Virus record (IMG/VR): IMGVR_UViG_3300019776_000252
Span: 1-64,000 of that record
DNA: 64,000 nt
Direction: 5' to 3' (one strand)
Source of the DNA: a virus
Positions 1 to 9,180 of this stretch are shown here, piece after piece; the stretch's first letter is position 1; the number at the start of each line of letters is the position of its first letter. The position numbers were made by a program, and so were the translations under genes. The notes under the pieces are model-generated. The model was given only the letters and a program-made list of their open reading frames with translations. It did not search any database and was not told where the DNA came from.

Positions 1-339
1 TAAGGTCGGGTATTCAATATCAACACCACACCCACAGTTATTGCAGGTGTATGTGATTGACCGCTGTTGGTGGTGGCATACCGGACATTCATGATTAGGA
101 TCCACATCCACCTTCGTCTGCAAAATCTCAGCCTCGCTGTACTTGTCGCAAGCTGCCTTCAGTCTCTCAACAGTCTCACCCAGCCTATCTATGCGGTCTG
201 CTTTAGCTGCACAACTGTCGCTCAGGGTTTCGACTTCAGCAATCAAAGCGTCAATGGTGCCAAGCACCGTGCTCAGTAAAGGCAAGTCTCCCTTTCGCAG
301 CCGCTGGGCTACTGCTTTAGCTTGGGTTAGGTCAGTCAT
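1..339 (-). CDS. Hypothetical protein, coiled coil plus Zn ribbon (CPVC...CNNC); runs off the left edge
   Basis: Translated by hand: MTDLTQAKAVAQRL...HECPVCHHQQRSITYTCNNCGCG; ATGA overlap with the upstream stop; open to position 1. Confidence 0.7.
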   Translation of the reverse strand, partial: MTDLTQAKAVAQRLRKGDLPLLSTVLGTIDALIAEVETLSDSCAAKADRIDRLGETVERLKAACDKYSEAEILQTKVDVDPNHECPVCHHQQRSITYTCNNCGCGVDIEYPTL

Positions 340-704
340 TTACGCTCCACAGCTTGAGTGATTCGGTAGCTTGTCTGTGCGTCAAGCCCCTTCAAAGGAT
401 TGAGTGGGTTGTTCTGGCAATAACGCAAAGCAACAACACCGCCACTCATAACTGCGTTGTCAATTACCTTTGCCACCGCTGCATCACTTACGCTAAATGC
501 CCACACATTGCCGCCACGGGTTCCACCTTCAGCGCCAGCTTTCAGCTTCACACCTTCCATCACAAGTTCACCTTCCCAAGATTTCGTCATAAAACCTTTG
601 ACTGAAAACTTCTGCACTGTGCCAACCCTTACGCCTTCGCTGTAGCAATCAGCTTGTGCAGCCATAGAGATAAACGCCGCCGCTATAAACGCAATCTTCT
701 TCAT
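336..704 (-). CDS. Secreted/periplasmic protein of unknown function
   Basis: Start moved to MKKIAFIAAAFISMAAQA (Sec-type signal with AQA site, AAAGGA SD); motif YSEGxRxGxVQKFSxKG...WEGEL. Confidence 0.75.
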   Translation of the reverse strand: MKKIAFIAAAFISMAAQADCYSEGVRVGTVQKFSVKGFMTKSWEGELVMEGVKLKAGAEGGTRGGNVWAFSVSDAAVAKVIDNAVMSGGVVALRYCQNNPLNPLKGLDAQTSYRITQAVERK

Positions 705-714
705 AATGTTTCCT

Positions 715-918
715 TTAGTCATTTGCTTCTTCCTTGCACACAGGCACATCACGCCATTCTTCATCACTTTGCGTAGGAAACCCATTTGGGTGGTGAATCC
801 ATCTCTGCCACTTCTGTTGCAAGATGCGGAGAGTGCGCTTCTCCCATTGGTCAGGGACTTTGCTGATTTGTTGGTTGACTTCACGCTCAACAAAGCGCAA
901 TTCATTTGTTGGTGTCAT
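715..918 (-). CDS. Hypothetical protein
   Basis: Tightly packed minus-strand ORF; LRILQQKW...EEWRDVP motif seen in small phage proteins. Confidence 0.65.
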   Translation of the reverse strand: MTPTNELRFVEREVNQQISKVPDQWEKRTLRILQQKWQRWIHHPNGFPTQSDEEWRDVPVCKEEAND

Positions 919-1216
919 TTGCTTGCTCCTTCAATGCGCGGATTTCATCCCTGATTTCTTTCAGGGCGTCATACGTCCATTCACAGGCCAACTCACCAGA
1001 GCTTGAATTGCCAACTGGTATTCGGTACGCTTCAATCTGCTTGATTGCATCCTCCAGCCCTTGGCAGTACATCTCCCGCATCTGCTGCTCGGTGTAGAGG
1101 CTGCCTGAAGCACTCACTGCTTTGCTTGGATAAACATACCCATACGGCAGATTAGTAGTGAGTAGTTCACTCAGTTGACCAGCATTCATATAACCAAAAG
1201 GCTTAGGTAGTTTCAT
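902..1216 (-). CDS. Hypothetical protein
   Basis: Overlap-coupled ORF; LYTEQQMREM motif typical of phage accessory ORFs. Confidence 0.65.
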   Translation of the reverse strand: MKLPKPFGYMNAGQLSELLTTNLPYGYVYPSKAVSASGSLYTEQQMREMYCQGLEDAIKQIEAYRIPVGNSSSGELACEWTYDALKEIRDEIRALKEQANDTNK

Positions 1217-1506
1217 TTATTCGCTCCTATCACTGCCATAGCAATGGCTTTCTGTGGCGTGTCTTCTTGAGTCGCAACGTGGTTTTCAATACCGTATGTG
1301 TGCCAACGCCCACCTATTAAGAAAGGAAATGCGTCATACCGTTCAGCTATCGGGCCAATGACGTTCCAATCTGTGTATGAAAATAGCCGCCACATACCGT
1401 TATGTGATACCCAGCATTGTTGAAGTGCAGGTGCTTCTTCGTTGGGTAATATTCGCTTCCACCCAATAGCCAGTGCCAAGGCTTTGGAAATCTCCAAATC
1501 AGTCAC
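1213..1506 (-). CDS. NinX/DUF2591-like protein
   Basis: A(I)GW...YTDWNVIGPIAERY...TPQKAIAMAVI pattern; ATGA overlaps. Confidence 0.55.
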   Translation of the reverse strand: MTDLEISKALALAIGWKRILPNEEAPALQQCWVSHNGMWRLFSYTDWNVIGPIAERYDAFPFLIGGRWHTYGIENHVATQEDTPQKAIAMAVIGANK

Positions 1507-1703
1507 TTCAATATCTCCTTAGCCGCTGCTATTGCGGCATCTACTGGTGTGTACCAACGTAAAGCTACAGATTTGTGAGGCTCCAGTGCCTCAATACACT
1601 GCTTAATCACAGCTTCTTGTTGGCGCAAGAGTGCTGCTGATTCTTGGTCTGCGTAGTAGATTGAGGTGTCAAGACGGTCAGCCAGTTCAGTAGCGCGGCT
1701 CAC
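1503..1703 (-). CDS. Hypothetical protein
   Basis: Overlap-coupled ORF. Confidence 0.6.
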   Translation of the reverse strand: MSRATELADRLDTSIYYADQESAALLRQQEAVIKQCIEALEPHKSVALRWYTPVDAAIAAAKEILK

Positions 1704-2203
1704 GTTAATTCCTTAAGCAACGCTTGAAGTTGCTTGAATTTCTTAGTGCCTTCATCAGCATTATTCATTTGCTCAGTGATATCTAAAGCAGCAGTTTCAA
1801 TATCATTAGCCAAATTCTTTAGCTGAAAAGAAATGTCTTTAACTTGAGTAGCCAACTTAGCAAGTTGATCAATTGGTTCTGTTTTTGGTACTGGTGTGTT
1901 CATAGGAAGAAAATCATTAAATGAATTAAGTTTTACTTTTTCAGAGGGTTTATCCACACTACCTCTAATCTCTATTCGTACAAAATACCCACGACTAGAT
2001 TCAGCAATAAGCCCAGAAACAACAAGTTGATTTAGACAACCAGTAGTGTGCGAAAGAGTACTAGCCATATTCTTACGAATAAGCTCATCATGAATTTGGT
2101 GTTTATTCCAAGCACATTGAATAGGTACTGCTGAGTAGACTTTCTGTACGGTAGAACTAAGAGTCTTAAATATTGAATCAAAACGCACACTATTAATTGC
2201 CAT
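1700..2203 (-). CDS. Hypothetical protein, possible winged helix plus coiled coil
   Basis: 167 aa; CLNQLVVSGLIAESSRGYF wHTH-like segment; C-terminal heptads. Confidence 0.65.
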   Translation of the reverse strand: MAINSVRFDSIFKTLSSTVQKVYSAVPIQCAWNKHQIHDELIRKNMASTLSHTTGCLNQLVVSGLIAESSRGYFVRIEIRGSVDKPSEKVKLNSFNDFLPMNTPVPKTEPIDQLAKLATQVKDISFQLKNLANDIETAALDITEQMNNADEGTKKFKQLQALLKELT

Positions 2204-2523
2204 TACAACCCCTCATCAGCAAGTGCTTCAGCCAAGATCAAACCAAACAATGAGTACTCAAGATCAGACATAAGCATGGTATTTCCATCGCTATAGATAT
2301 TTACATCTTGTAGCAAGGCAAACTCTTTAATACCTTTACCTAGTGCTCTATCACGTAAAGCTGAACTAATAGGGCCATACTGAAGGTGCTTATCCTCTGG
2401 ATGGATACGTTCACGCTTATCAGGATGTATTGAAACTGATCCAGTATTGAACCACTTTCTTGAACTGGGAAAGCACCACTGAATACGAGCACCACGAGCA
2501 GCAGCAAACAATAAACGGTTCAT
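2203..2523 (-). CDS. Hypothetical protein
   Basis: Start moved to MNRLLFAAARG (GGGAG SD). Confidence 0.6.
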   Translation of the reverse strand: MNRLLFAAARGARIQWCFPSSRKWFNTGSVSIHPDKRERIHPEDKHLQYGPISSALRDRALGKGIKEFALLQDVNIYSDGNTMLMSDLEYSLFGLILAEALADEGL

Positions 2524-2609
2524 ACAATTCTCCCTGCAATAACACCAAGTAAATATCCAACTGAAAAAGCCACCATAGGGTGACAAAGAACATCAAGGAT
2601 CTTCTTCAT
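2520..2609 (-). CDS. Small membrane peptide (29 aa)
   Basis: MKKILDVLCHPMVAFSVGYLLGVIAGRIV; ATGA overlaps at both ends. Confidence 0.5.
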   Translation of the reverse strand: MKKILDVLCHPMVAFSVGYLLGVIAGRIV

Positions 2610-2842
2610 TTCAAGTAATCGTTCAAACGTTTAAGAACCACGTTGAGCTTCTTAGCATCAACATGATCACCAATGACTACATTGGCTTTCTTGGTATCTG
2701 GATCAAAGTAAATAACTCGACTCAGTACCTTACGAGCAGCTTCAAGAAGCTGATCCTGTTCCTTGATTACGTTAATGGCATCTGTAGTAGCCATGAATCC
2801 AAACTCTTGCAGTTCAGATATAAGAAAACGATGTTTTTTCAT
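2606..2842 (-). CDS. Hypothetical protein
   Basis: Start moved to MKKHRF; ATGA overlap. Confidence 0.6.
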   Translation of the reverse strand: MKKHRFLISELQEFGFMATTDAINVIKEQDQLLEAARKVLSRVIYFDPDTKKANVVIGDHVDAKKLNVVLKRLNDYLK

Positions 2843-2952
2843 TGTGATAACACCCAATAAATTACATAACCACAGCCTGCAATAGCTCCACAGATAATGC
2901 CTGTAAACACCATTGCAGCCATGTCTTCAATCCATTCACGTTCTGTTTTCAT
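2839..2952 (-). CDS. Small membrane peptide (37 aa)
   Basis: MKTEREWIEDMAAMCFTGIICGAIAGCGYVIYWVLSQ; ATGA overlaps at both ends. Confidence 0.5.
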   Translation of the reverse strand: MKTEREWIEDMAAMVFTGIICGAIAGCGYVIYWVLSQ

Positions 2953-3170
2953 TTCTCACATTCACCCATGTGACGTTGAAACCTAGGTGAGCACTTCTGG
3001 TTTGGCTCACAAGAACTATTAATACACCTAGCAGACTTAATAGATGGTTCAGCTTTCTTCATGGAATAACCAAAAGCAATTATTAGGGTCATGAAGCCAA
3101 TAACAGCTAAACCACGAACAATGAACTTACCTAGTACTGCTAGACCATCAAATAATTGCTCATCTGTCAT
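2949..3170 (-). CDS. Hypothetical membrane protein
   Basis: Start MTDEQLF; hydrophobic N-terminal half, Cys-containing C-terminus. Confidence 0.55.
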   Translation of the reverse strand: MTDEQLFDGLAVLGKFIVRGLAVIGFMTLIIAFGYSMKKAEPSIKSARCINSSCEPNQKCSPRFQRHMGECEK

Positions 3171-3340
3171 TTGATTACTCTTTCTGGACACTCTTGTTCA
3201 AATTTAGGTGGTTGAATCCAAGGCAGATAGTCCTTAGACTGACTAGTACGCCTTAGACAAGCACCACACTGAAGTACCCAGACGTTCTTGTATGTAGGAA
3301 TCCCAGGACACCTAGCTACTTCAGTTGGTTTATGGCTCAT
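3167..3340 (-). CDS. Small Cys-containing hypothetical protein
   Basis: Start MSHKPTEVARCPG...CGACLRR...ECP. Confidence 0.55.
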   Translation of the reverse strand: MSHKPTEVARCPGIPTYKNVWVLQCGACLRRTSQSKDYLPWIQPPKFEQECPERVIK

Positions 3341-3530
3341 ACCAAGTCTCCTGCTTATCAATCCAAGCAGACAAAGCTGCAATGGCTTGTACTAAGCTAG
3401 GGTATTTCTTAGCAAAATCCTGATGCATCTGGTTATTCCAGTTGTGTGATCCTGTTTCAAGATCACTACTGATAGCGCAAACAATATCTTGTTGCAGATC
3501 CCTAAGAGTTTCTACTTCTTCTTTAAGCAT
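3330..3530 (-). CDS. Hypothetical protein
   Basis: Packed ORF with AGGA SD. Confidence 0.6.
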   Translation of the reverse strand: MLKEEVETLRDLQQDIVCAISSDLETGSHNWNNQMHQDFAKKYPSLVQAIAALSAWIDKQETWYEP

Positions 3531-3738
3531 TATCTTTTCCTACTTGAAGTAGCTCCATTGCTTTAATGATTGGTTCAATACGTTCAATAAACTTCTCAAT
3601 AGCTACTATTCGTTGAGTCAGTGTTGAAGCAATATTCTCATTAGAGTAACTCTTAGAGTCATATTCATACATTAATTGAGTAGCTGTAGCTACTGTCTCA
3701 GTAAGTTGCCTTTTAAGCTGTTCACTGTAATAGCTCAT
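3523..3738 (-). CDS. Hypothetical coiled-coil protein
   Basis: Start MSYYSEQ; ATGA overlap. Confidence 0.6.
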   Translation of the reverse strand: MSYYSEQLKRQLTETVATATQLMYEYDSKSYSNENIASTLTQRIVAIEKFIERIEPIIKAMELLQVGKDNA

Positions 3739-3935
3739 TTGCTTCCCCAATAAGGACGTTGCTTACCTGTATGGTCAATACTAGGCAGGTTAAATGCATC
3801 CATAGAGCCTGGACGCATAGGAGCAGGAGGATTGTGCTTCTTAGGAATATAGATACCCTGAAGAGGGCTAAGTCCAGATACTCCAGCAGAAGCACCCTTA
3901 TTTCCGTGTCCACGGAAGTCTTTAGTATTGGTCAT
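3735..3935 (-). CDS. Hypothetical protein
   Basis: RPGSMDAFNLPS motif common in phage proteins. Confidence 0.6.
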   Translation of the reverse strand: MTNTKDFRGHGNKGASAGVSGLSPLQGIYIPKKHNPPAPMRPGSMDAFNLPSIDHTGKQRPYWGSK

Positions 3936-4203
3936 AGAAACGTTTGCTCTTCATGTAGTAATCACCCTCAACAATGAGGGCATATTGCTGATGAAGGTCA
4001 TCAGCTACAGCGTTATCAACATATTTATCAAGCCACTTGGCTCGATAACCTTTGCGATCCAGAATTTCAAATTCAAATTCTGCTGGCTCAGGAGGATGAG
4101 CATCACCCATTCCTGAACCATAAACATGCATAGGTACTGCAGGGGAGTAACCCAATACATGAACAATACAAGGGATGTTATTAATCCTAGTTGTGAACTG
4201 CAT
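3922..4203 (-). CDS. Conserved phage hypothetical protein
   Basis: Start MQFTTRINNIPC (GAGGT SD); EFEFEILDRKGYRAKWL motif. Confidence 0.7.
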   Translation of the reverse strand: MQFTTRINNIPCIVHVLGYSPAVPMHVYGSGMGDAHPPEPAEFEFEILDRKGYRAKWLDKYVDNAVADDLHQQYALIVEGDYYMKSKRFYDQY

Positions 4204-4513
4204 TTTGTTTACCTCGGTACTTATTAATAATCTTTTGCCACATTGGGTTAATGAAATCTCTACCGTGCTTACAGTAATTAGCGTAGTAGACAATCTCATC
4301 AAAAGAATTAACTACATAGTCTTCGTTGTATCTCAAAGAGACACACCATTCGATACCCATTTTGTAAAGGTACATATGGCTCTTGGCTTCGGTATTTAAA
4401 TCAAAGACATAGCCATACTTATCATCTCTACGAATAGATATTTCTACCCCTTCGTCAATAATGTCCTGAACAAAACTAGGCAATTCAATCGAATTTAGCT
4501 TTTGTTTCTGCAC
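4187..4513 (-). CDS. Hypothetical protein (start uncertain)
   Basis: Fills the gap after the DNA polymerase. Confidence 0.55.
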   Translation of the reverse strand: MQKQKLNSIELPSFVQDIIDEGVEISIRRDDKYGYVFDLNTEAKSHMYLYKMGIEWCVSLRYNEDYVVNSFDEIVYYANYCKHGRDFINPMWQKIINKYRGKQNAVHN

Positions 4514-7097
4514 ACATTTTCCTTATAGTTTCTTGGTCTGCATCATTGGGTAGCGTAGTTGCATAAGCCCAGTTAGGCCAATAGATATCCAATGCTGCAC
4601 CTAACTTCACAGTCGGGTGTTGAATCTCAGGAAGTTCTTGCCATTGCATTGACTTAATAAGCTCACGATTAGCCCATTCCACTATCTCAACGTCATCCCT
4701 AATCAGGATATAAATTGCATCGTGGATTAGAGCTACTGGTTTGATATCCAAGCGATACTTGGATTTACGAACCTTCTCCATGAACTCATTAGCTGCTCTG
4801 TTATTCAACAGTCCATAAGACTGTCCTAGAGCATTACCAGCAGTTCTACCTTCAGCAGCAGCTTCGTAAGGAATATTGGAGCTTCCAAACATCACTTGCT
4901 TCAACAAAGGTGTTCTAACCCTCAAGCCAAAAGCTACATCTACATAACCATCCTTAGAGGCTTGTAGTAGTCGATCTTGGACATATTGATCTGATACCTT
5001 GTAAAGCTCGTGATATCCAGCTTCAATGGCTTTGGCTTTCTCTTCATCAAAACCTAGGTTATTGACTAGAGTGATCCAAGTTCCTTGATACGTAAGAGCA
5101 AAGGTTGGTCCTTTAGAGTCTTGACGTAGATCCTCGTACTTCTTCTTGATGGTGTTAACTGAGGCTGGATCATTCAGATCAATCTCAGGACACTTATCAC
5201 GGAAGTAATAGGCTGCACGTAGACAGTGACCATCAAAGCCTCTCTCATACACAGCAAGTTTGTTAGGATCTTTGGTAGTCAGTGCAGAGATGTAATCCTC
5301 AAGAGAATTAAAGTCAGCACCAGCAAATAGCCATCCTTTAGGAGCACTAAAGCAAGTCTTAATCAACTTACCAAATGTAGATTTGGCAGGTAGATTCTGC
5401 ATATTAGGATCACTAGAACTCAACCTACCAGATACTGTTCCACCTAGATTAAAGCTTCCATGCAAGTACCTACGACCATCTACCTTCATCAATCCATCCT
5501 CAAAGGCTGGAATGAATGTAGAGAGGATCTTCGTTACTTGACCATACTCAATTAGCGAATTGAGAATGTCTTTGTAAGCTTGGTTTTCTGTGTGGTTTAC
5601 CAGTTTCTTGATAGTGTCAGCACCAGTAGCAGGCATCTTGGTATCTGTGAAATCAATCACAGGTAATCCCATTTGCTCATACAGAAGCTTCTGTAGCTGT
5701 GGTCCACTATTAGGATTGAATACCTTATCTGCAAACTTTTCAATAGGATGTTGCTTAGTCTTTAGCTTGGCATTGGCTGCAACCATTGCATCAGTCTGAA
5801 TAATCAGATTAAGTGCTTTGATTAAAGGACTATTAACAATGGTGTCTAGTGCTTTGGCTTGTTGAGACTTCAGATCAACTCTAACGTCATCAATCACATG
5901 ATCATCCATAGGCATACCTGTCAATTCCATTTGGATAATGGTTTTGAGGCTAGGTAGCATTAGAGTTTGATAGATATCAAGCTGGTTATCTGCAACCATT
6001 ACTGGATAGTATTTGTTCTTTACATAGTTAGTGCAAAGAGCATCAACCAAGTTATATTGCAGCAGTTGATCAATTGGTACTGTACGAATGTCTTTAACAT
6101 CTACAGCCCAATTACCAGCAAACTCATGAGCCAATGCTTTCAAACCAAGACTATTACCTGCAGTACTATTAGTAGCTAGGTAAGCAATAATTTTGGTGTC
6201 ATCCATCTTGGAAGTAATAATCTCCAAGCCTTTAAGCAAGCCTTCAGTGTCTAGTGGAAAATCCATCCACAAGCAGTAAATCAATACCTTTACGTCATAA
6301 GCAGCATTATGGAAAGTGAGTTTTCCTTGGTAGTTCTCTATGAAATCACGTACCAATTTACGTACTGGTTCATTAATGGCATAACCACCATACAAACCAA
6401 CAATCTCATCGAACTGAGAATCACTAGTTGAGTAATCTACTGCAAAAGCAATTCCATTATGTTCATTCCAAGCAAAGGATATTGTTCCAATACCTGCTTC
6501 ATTGAACTTCAATGAAAATGCTTCAATATCACAGGATAGTTCTGGATACATATGGAGAGCATTAAGAGCAGTATTAATAGCTCCAATGTCTTCAGGATAT
6601 TCAGCACTATGAATAATCCCTGCACCTGGTTCTACATATTTACCGTGGATTGAATTAACTACTGCTGCCAAACCAGTAGTTATCTTGGCTTGTAGATCTG
6701 GGTTATAGATCAATGCTTGATAGTTAACTCCTAGAGTTACCTTCATGTGCTCATACCCTTTAATAGCACATGGCAGTACATAACCGTAATAAGGTTCTGC
6801 TTTGGTTTTCTTGGCTAGAGTCTTGAAGTAGGAAGCATCAGCAACATACAAATGATCAACACCAAGAGAATCCAAGGCAGGTAACAATACATTAAGATAT
6901 TCCTTAATGCCTTTAGCACTAGCTTTACCATTTGGGTCATACTTCAATGTGAAAGCAATACAGTTACTCTTATGAACACCACAAAACTCCATAGGAGTTA
7001 CATAGTTACCTAGTAGCTCTTGTTTATTGAAGCTAGTACCTTTAATAAGGATTGCTACTTTATAGGTACTGGCTTCTTCAAAGATAATGTGGCGCAT
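4485..7097 (-). CDS. Family A DNA polymerase with 3'-5' exonuclease (N4 gp39-like)
   Basis: Exo motifs DIEAF, FHNAAYD, YNLVD; TVSGRLSSSDPNMQNLP; motif A ADFNSLE; motif B RQDSKGPTFALTYQG; motif C IHDAI. Confidence 0.97.
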   Translation of the reverse strand: MRHIIFEEASTYKVAILIKGTSFNKQELLGNYVTPMEFCGVHKSNCIAFTLKYDPNGKASAKGIKEYLNVLLPALDSLGVDHLYVADASYFKTLAKKTKAEPYYGYVLPCAIKGYEHMKVTLGVNYQALIYNPDLQAKITTGLAAVVNSIHGKYVEPGAGIIHSAEYPEDIGAINTALNALHMYPELSCDIEAFSLKFNEAGIGTISFAWNEHNGIAFAVDYSTSDSQFDEIVGLYGGYAINEPVRKLVRDFIENYQGKLTFHNAAYDVKVLIYCLWMDFPLDTEGLLKGLEIITSKMDDTKIIAYLATNSTAGNSLGLKALAHEFAGNWAVDVKDIRTVPIDQLLQYNLVDALCTNYVKNKYYPVMVADNQLDIYQTLMLPSLKTIIQMELTGMPMDDHVIDDVRVDLKSQQAKALDTIVNSPLIKALNLIIQTDAMVAANAKLKTKQHPIEKFADKVFNPNSGPQLQKLLYEQMGLPVIDFTDTKMPATGADTIKKLVNHTENQAYKDILNSLIEYGQVTKILSTFIPAFEDGLMKVDGRRYLHGSFNLGGTVSGRLSSSDPNMQNLPAKSTFGKLIKTCFSAPKGWLFAGADFNSLEDYISALTTKDPNKLAVYERGFDGHCLRAAYYFRDKCPEIDLNDPASVNTIKKKYEDLRQDSKGPTFALTYQGTWITLVNNLGFDEEKAKAIEAGYHELYKVSDQYVQDRLLQASKDGYVDVAFGLRVRTPLLKQVMFGSSNIPYEAAAEGRTAGNALGQSYGLLNNRAANEFMEKVRKSKYRLDIKPVALIHDAIYILIRDDVEIVEWANRELIKSMQWQELPEIQHPTVKLGAALDIYWPNWAYATTLPNDADQETIRKMCAETKAKFD

Positions 7098-7103
7098 ATT
7101 CTC

Positions 7104-7619
7104 TTAAATAATAAGGTTGGTTACTATTCGTTGCTTAAGTAGTTGAATAGCTGTCTTATTCATGTCTTGTATTTCACTAACCTTTTCAGGAGTTAAGTTG
7201 CAATGTCTACATGGACAGGTTTCTACTAACTTAAGCAGTGGCTGGTGAATAGCTGTAGGTAATACATCCAAGTAATCCTTAACACTATTACTAGAGTTAA
7301 GTACTTGGTTTATAAAACCTAGAACATAAGGCAACTCATGATTATTAAGTTGCTTTAGATCTTCCAGATATTCATCCATTTGTTGTTTAAGCCTAGGATC
7401 TAGTCTGTTTAACTTCCTAGGTGGAGCAGACTGATCAACACTATAAAAGACACCCTTATAGGTCAGAGAATTATGGGTAGCTCCTACCATTACAGAATTC
7501 TGAGTAATAAGGGTATCTAGCCTATGCTTAAACTGTTTCAGGACTGGTTCATACATGTATGAATACAGCATGTCCTTAATCATCTGTTTAGTTCTTGGGT
7601 CGTGTTGAAGGTCGTACAT
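7104..7619 (-). CDS. Conserved N4-like hypothetical protein between helicase and polymerase
   Basis: 171-aa ORF; synteny. Confidence 0.7.
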   Translation of the reverse strand: MYDLQHDPRTKQMIKDMLYSYMYEPVLKQFKHRLDTLITQNSVMVGATHNSLTYKGVFYSVDQSAPPRKLNRLDPRLKQQMDEYLEDLKQLNNHELPYVLGFINQVLNSSNSVKDYLDVLPTAIHQPLLKLVETCPCRHCNLTPEKVSEIQDMNKTAIQLLKQRIVTNLII

Positions 7620-7627
7620 CTCATTTC

Positions 7628-8872
7628 CTAAACCAAGTCCCCAGTTAAGAAGACTTGTTGCCTAGCTCTAGATACTCCAACGTACAACATACGGGCAATT
7701 TGATTGCCACTGTTACAGCGTTTAATATCATCTAAATCAATAAAGACACGATCATAAGTCGATCCTTGTGCTTTATTAATAGTGCAGGCAAATGCTGCAC
7801 GAAGGTCAATCCACTCAGTATCAATAGTACGAAGTACATCGAATTCATCATTGGCTTTAGCCAATTTGATTCGAGCATTCTTATCTGCAATACTAGTTGG
7901 CATAAAGAAGTTGGCTTTATAGTCAATGTTGAAGGTATTACCCTTAACACCGTACTGCTCATGCTCACCAGAGATTCCAACAATACAGACCATTTCATCT
8001 GTCTTGATTGAAGTACGTCCGATATTCACAAACTTATTACAGACTGCATAGTCACCAACATTGAACTTAGGAGTTCCTTGTAGGAGGTCATTAACTGCAT
8101 GGTTGTAACCAATGACAGTCTTGTTAGTCCAAGCCAGTACCTTAGAGTCTGTATAGTGCCAATTAGGACGTGTGAACTCGTTTGCTATCTCAATATCAAA
8201 CTCATTCCTAGGCAAGTATTTGATGGCTTTACCATCAGGTGTGAAGCTGAAGAACTCACCTGTATTAACTGTGTGACGAAACTTCGTAGACAGATCAACA
8301 ATAGGATTACCTTCAGCTTGACGTACCACTTGGCTTAGATGAGCACCCTTGAAACCAGCACTGAATACAGGTGTTCCATTGGATTTCACAGGTGTCAACT
8401 GAGCAGGATCACCAATAAAGACAATCTTGCAGTTGTGAGTCAACTTGAAGATTAAAGACAGAAGCTGACTATCTACATAGCTGGCTTCATCAATGAACAG
8501 TAAGATATGCTCTACACCTGCATTACTCCGAGGGATTAGCTTAGTGGTTTGAGTCCTGTAATCAGTCTCTACACGCAATCCAAGGAAAGAGTGAATCGTG
8601 TTACAGGTAGACCCAGTGATCATGGCAAAGTTTTCTGCTGCTTTATTAGTAGTTGCAGTTAACTCAACCTGATACTCCTTGAAGCTTGGCAATACCAATT
8701 TAGCTGCCTTCATAAATTTAGGCAGTTGGTCTAGCAAAGTCTTGATGAGCGTGGATTTACCTGTACCCGAATATCCCGATAGAACAAATACTTGTTCTGC
8801 TGGGTCCATAAGGAATGCTCCGAAAGCATCCAAAGCATTCTGCTGGTCAGCAGTCAAAGTAATATTACTCAT
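7628..8872 (-). CDS. SF1B (Dda/RecD-like) DNA helicase
   Basis: GYSGTGKS Walker A, FIDEASY, IGDPAQL, TINKAQGSTY, YVGVSRAR; start MSNITLT. Confidence 0.95.
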   Translation of the reverse strand: MSNITLTADQQNALDAFGAFLMDPAEQVFVLSGYSGTGKSTLIKTLLDQLPKFMKAAKLVLPSFKEYQVELTATTNKAAENFAMITGSTCNTIHSFLGLRVETDYRTQTTKLIPRSNAGVEHILLFIDEASYVDSQLLSLIFKLTHNCKIVFIGDPAQLTPVKSNGTPVFSAGFKGAHLSQVVRQAEGNPIVDLSTKFRHTVNTGEFFSFTPDGKAIKYLPRNEFDIEIANEFTRPNWHYTDSKVLAWTNKTVIGYNHAVNDLLQGTPKFNVGDYAVCNKFVNIGRTSIKTDEMVCIVGISGEHEQYGVKGNTFNIDYKANFFMPTSIADKNARIKLAKANDEFDVLRTIDTEWIDLRAAFACTINKAQGSTYDRVFIDLDDIKRCNSGNQIARMLYVGVSRARQQVFLTGDLV

Positions 8873-9179
8873 TTGTAATTCCTCGTGCAGCATCAGCTAC
8901 CTCATCAGGTGTGATGCCAAGTAGTGCTGCAATCTTGTACCGTTCGTACTCTTCTGCAGACATGGTGGTTATCTGAATCTTGTTTTTCTCAAGCTCAGTA
9001 ATACGGTGTGGTTTCCCATACGGATCATTTAACTGTTCCGCATAATTAAGAGACTCCAAAAAAGACAATCCAGCCTTATAGGGAAGGATCATCTTTGTGT
9101 CGTAGGAGATAGAGATTAGGAAATAATTTTCCTTCATCTTCTTGGTTTGTACGGCTTTAAGAGCCTCTTTGTAGTCCAT
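8865..9179 (-). CDS. Hypothetical protein
   Basis: Start MDYKEAL; fills the operon. Confidence 0.65.
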   Translation of the reverse strand: MDYKEALKAVQTKKMKENYFLISISYDTKMILPYKAGLSFLESLNYAEQLNDPYGKPHRITELEKNKIQITTMSAEEYERYKIAALLGITPDEVADAARGITNE

Positions 9180-9180
9180 G

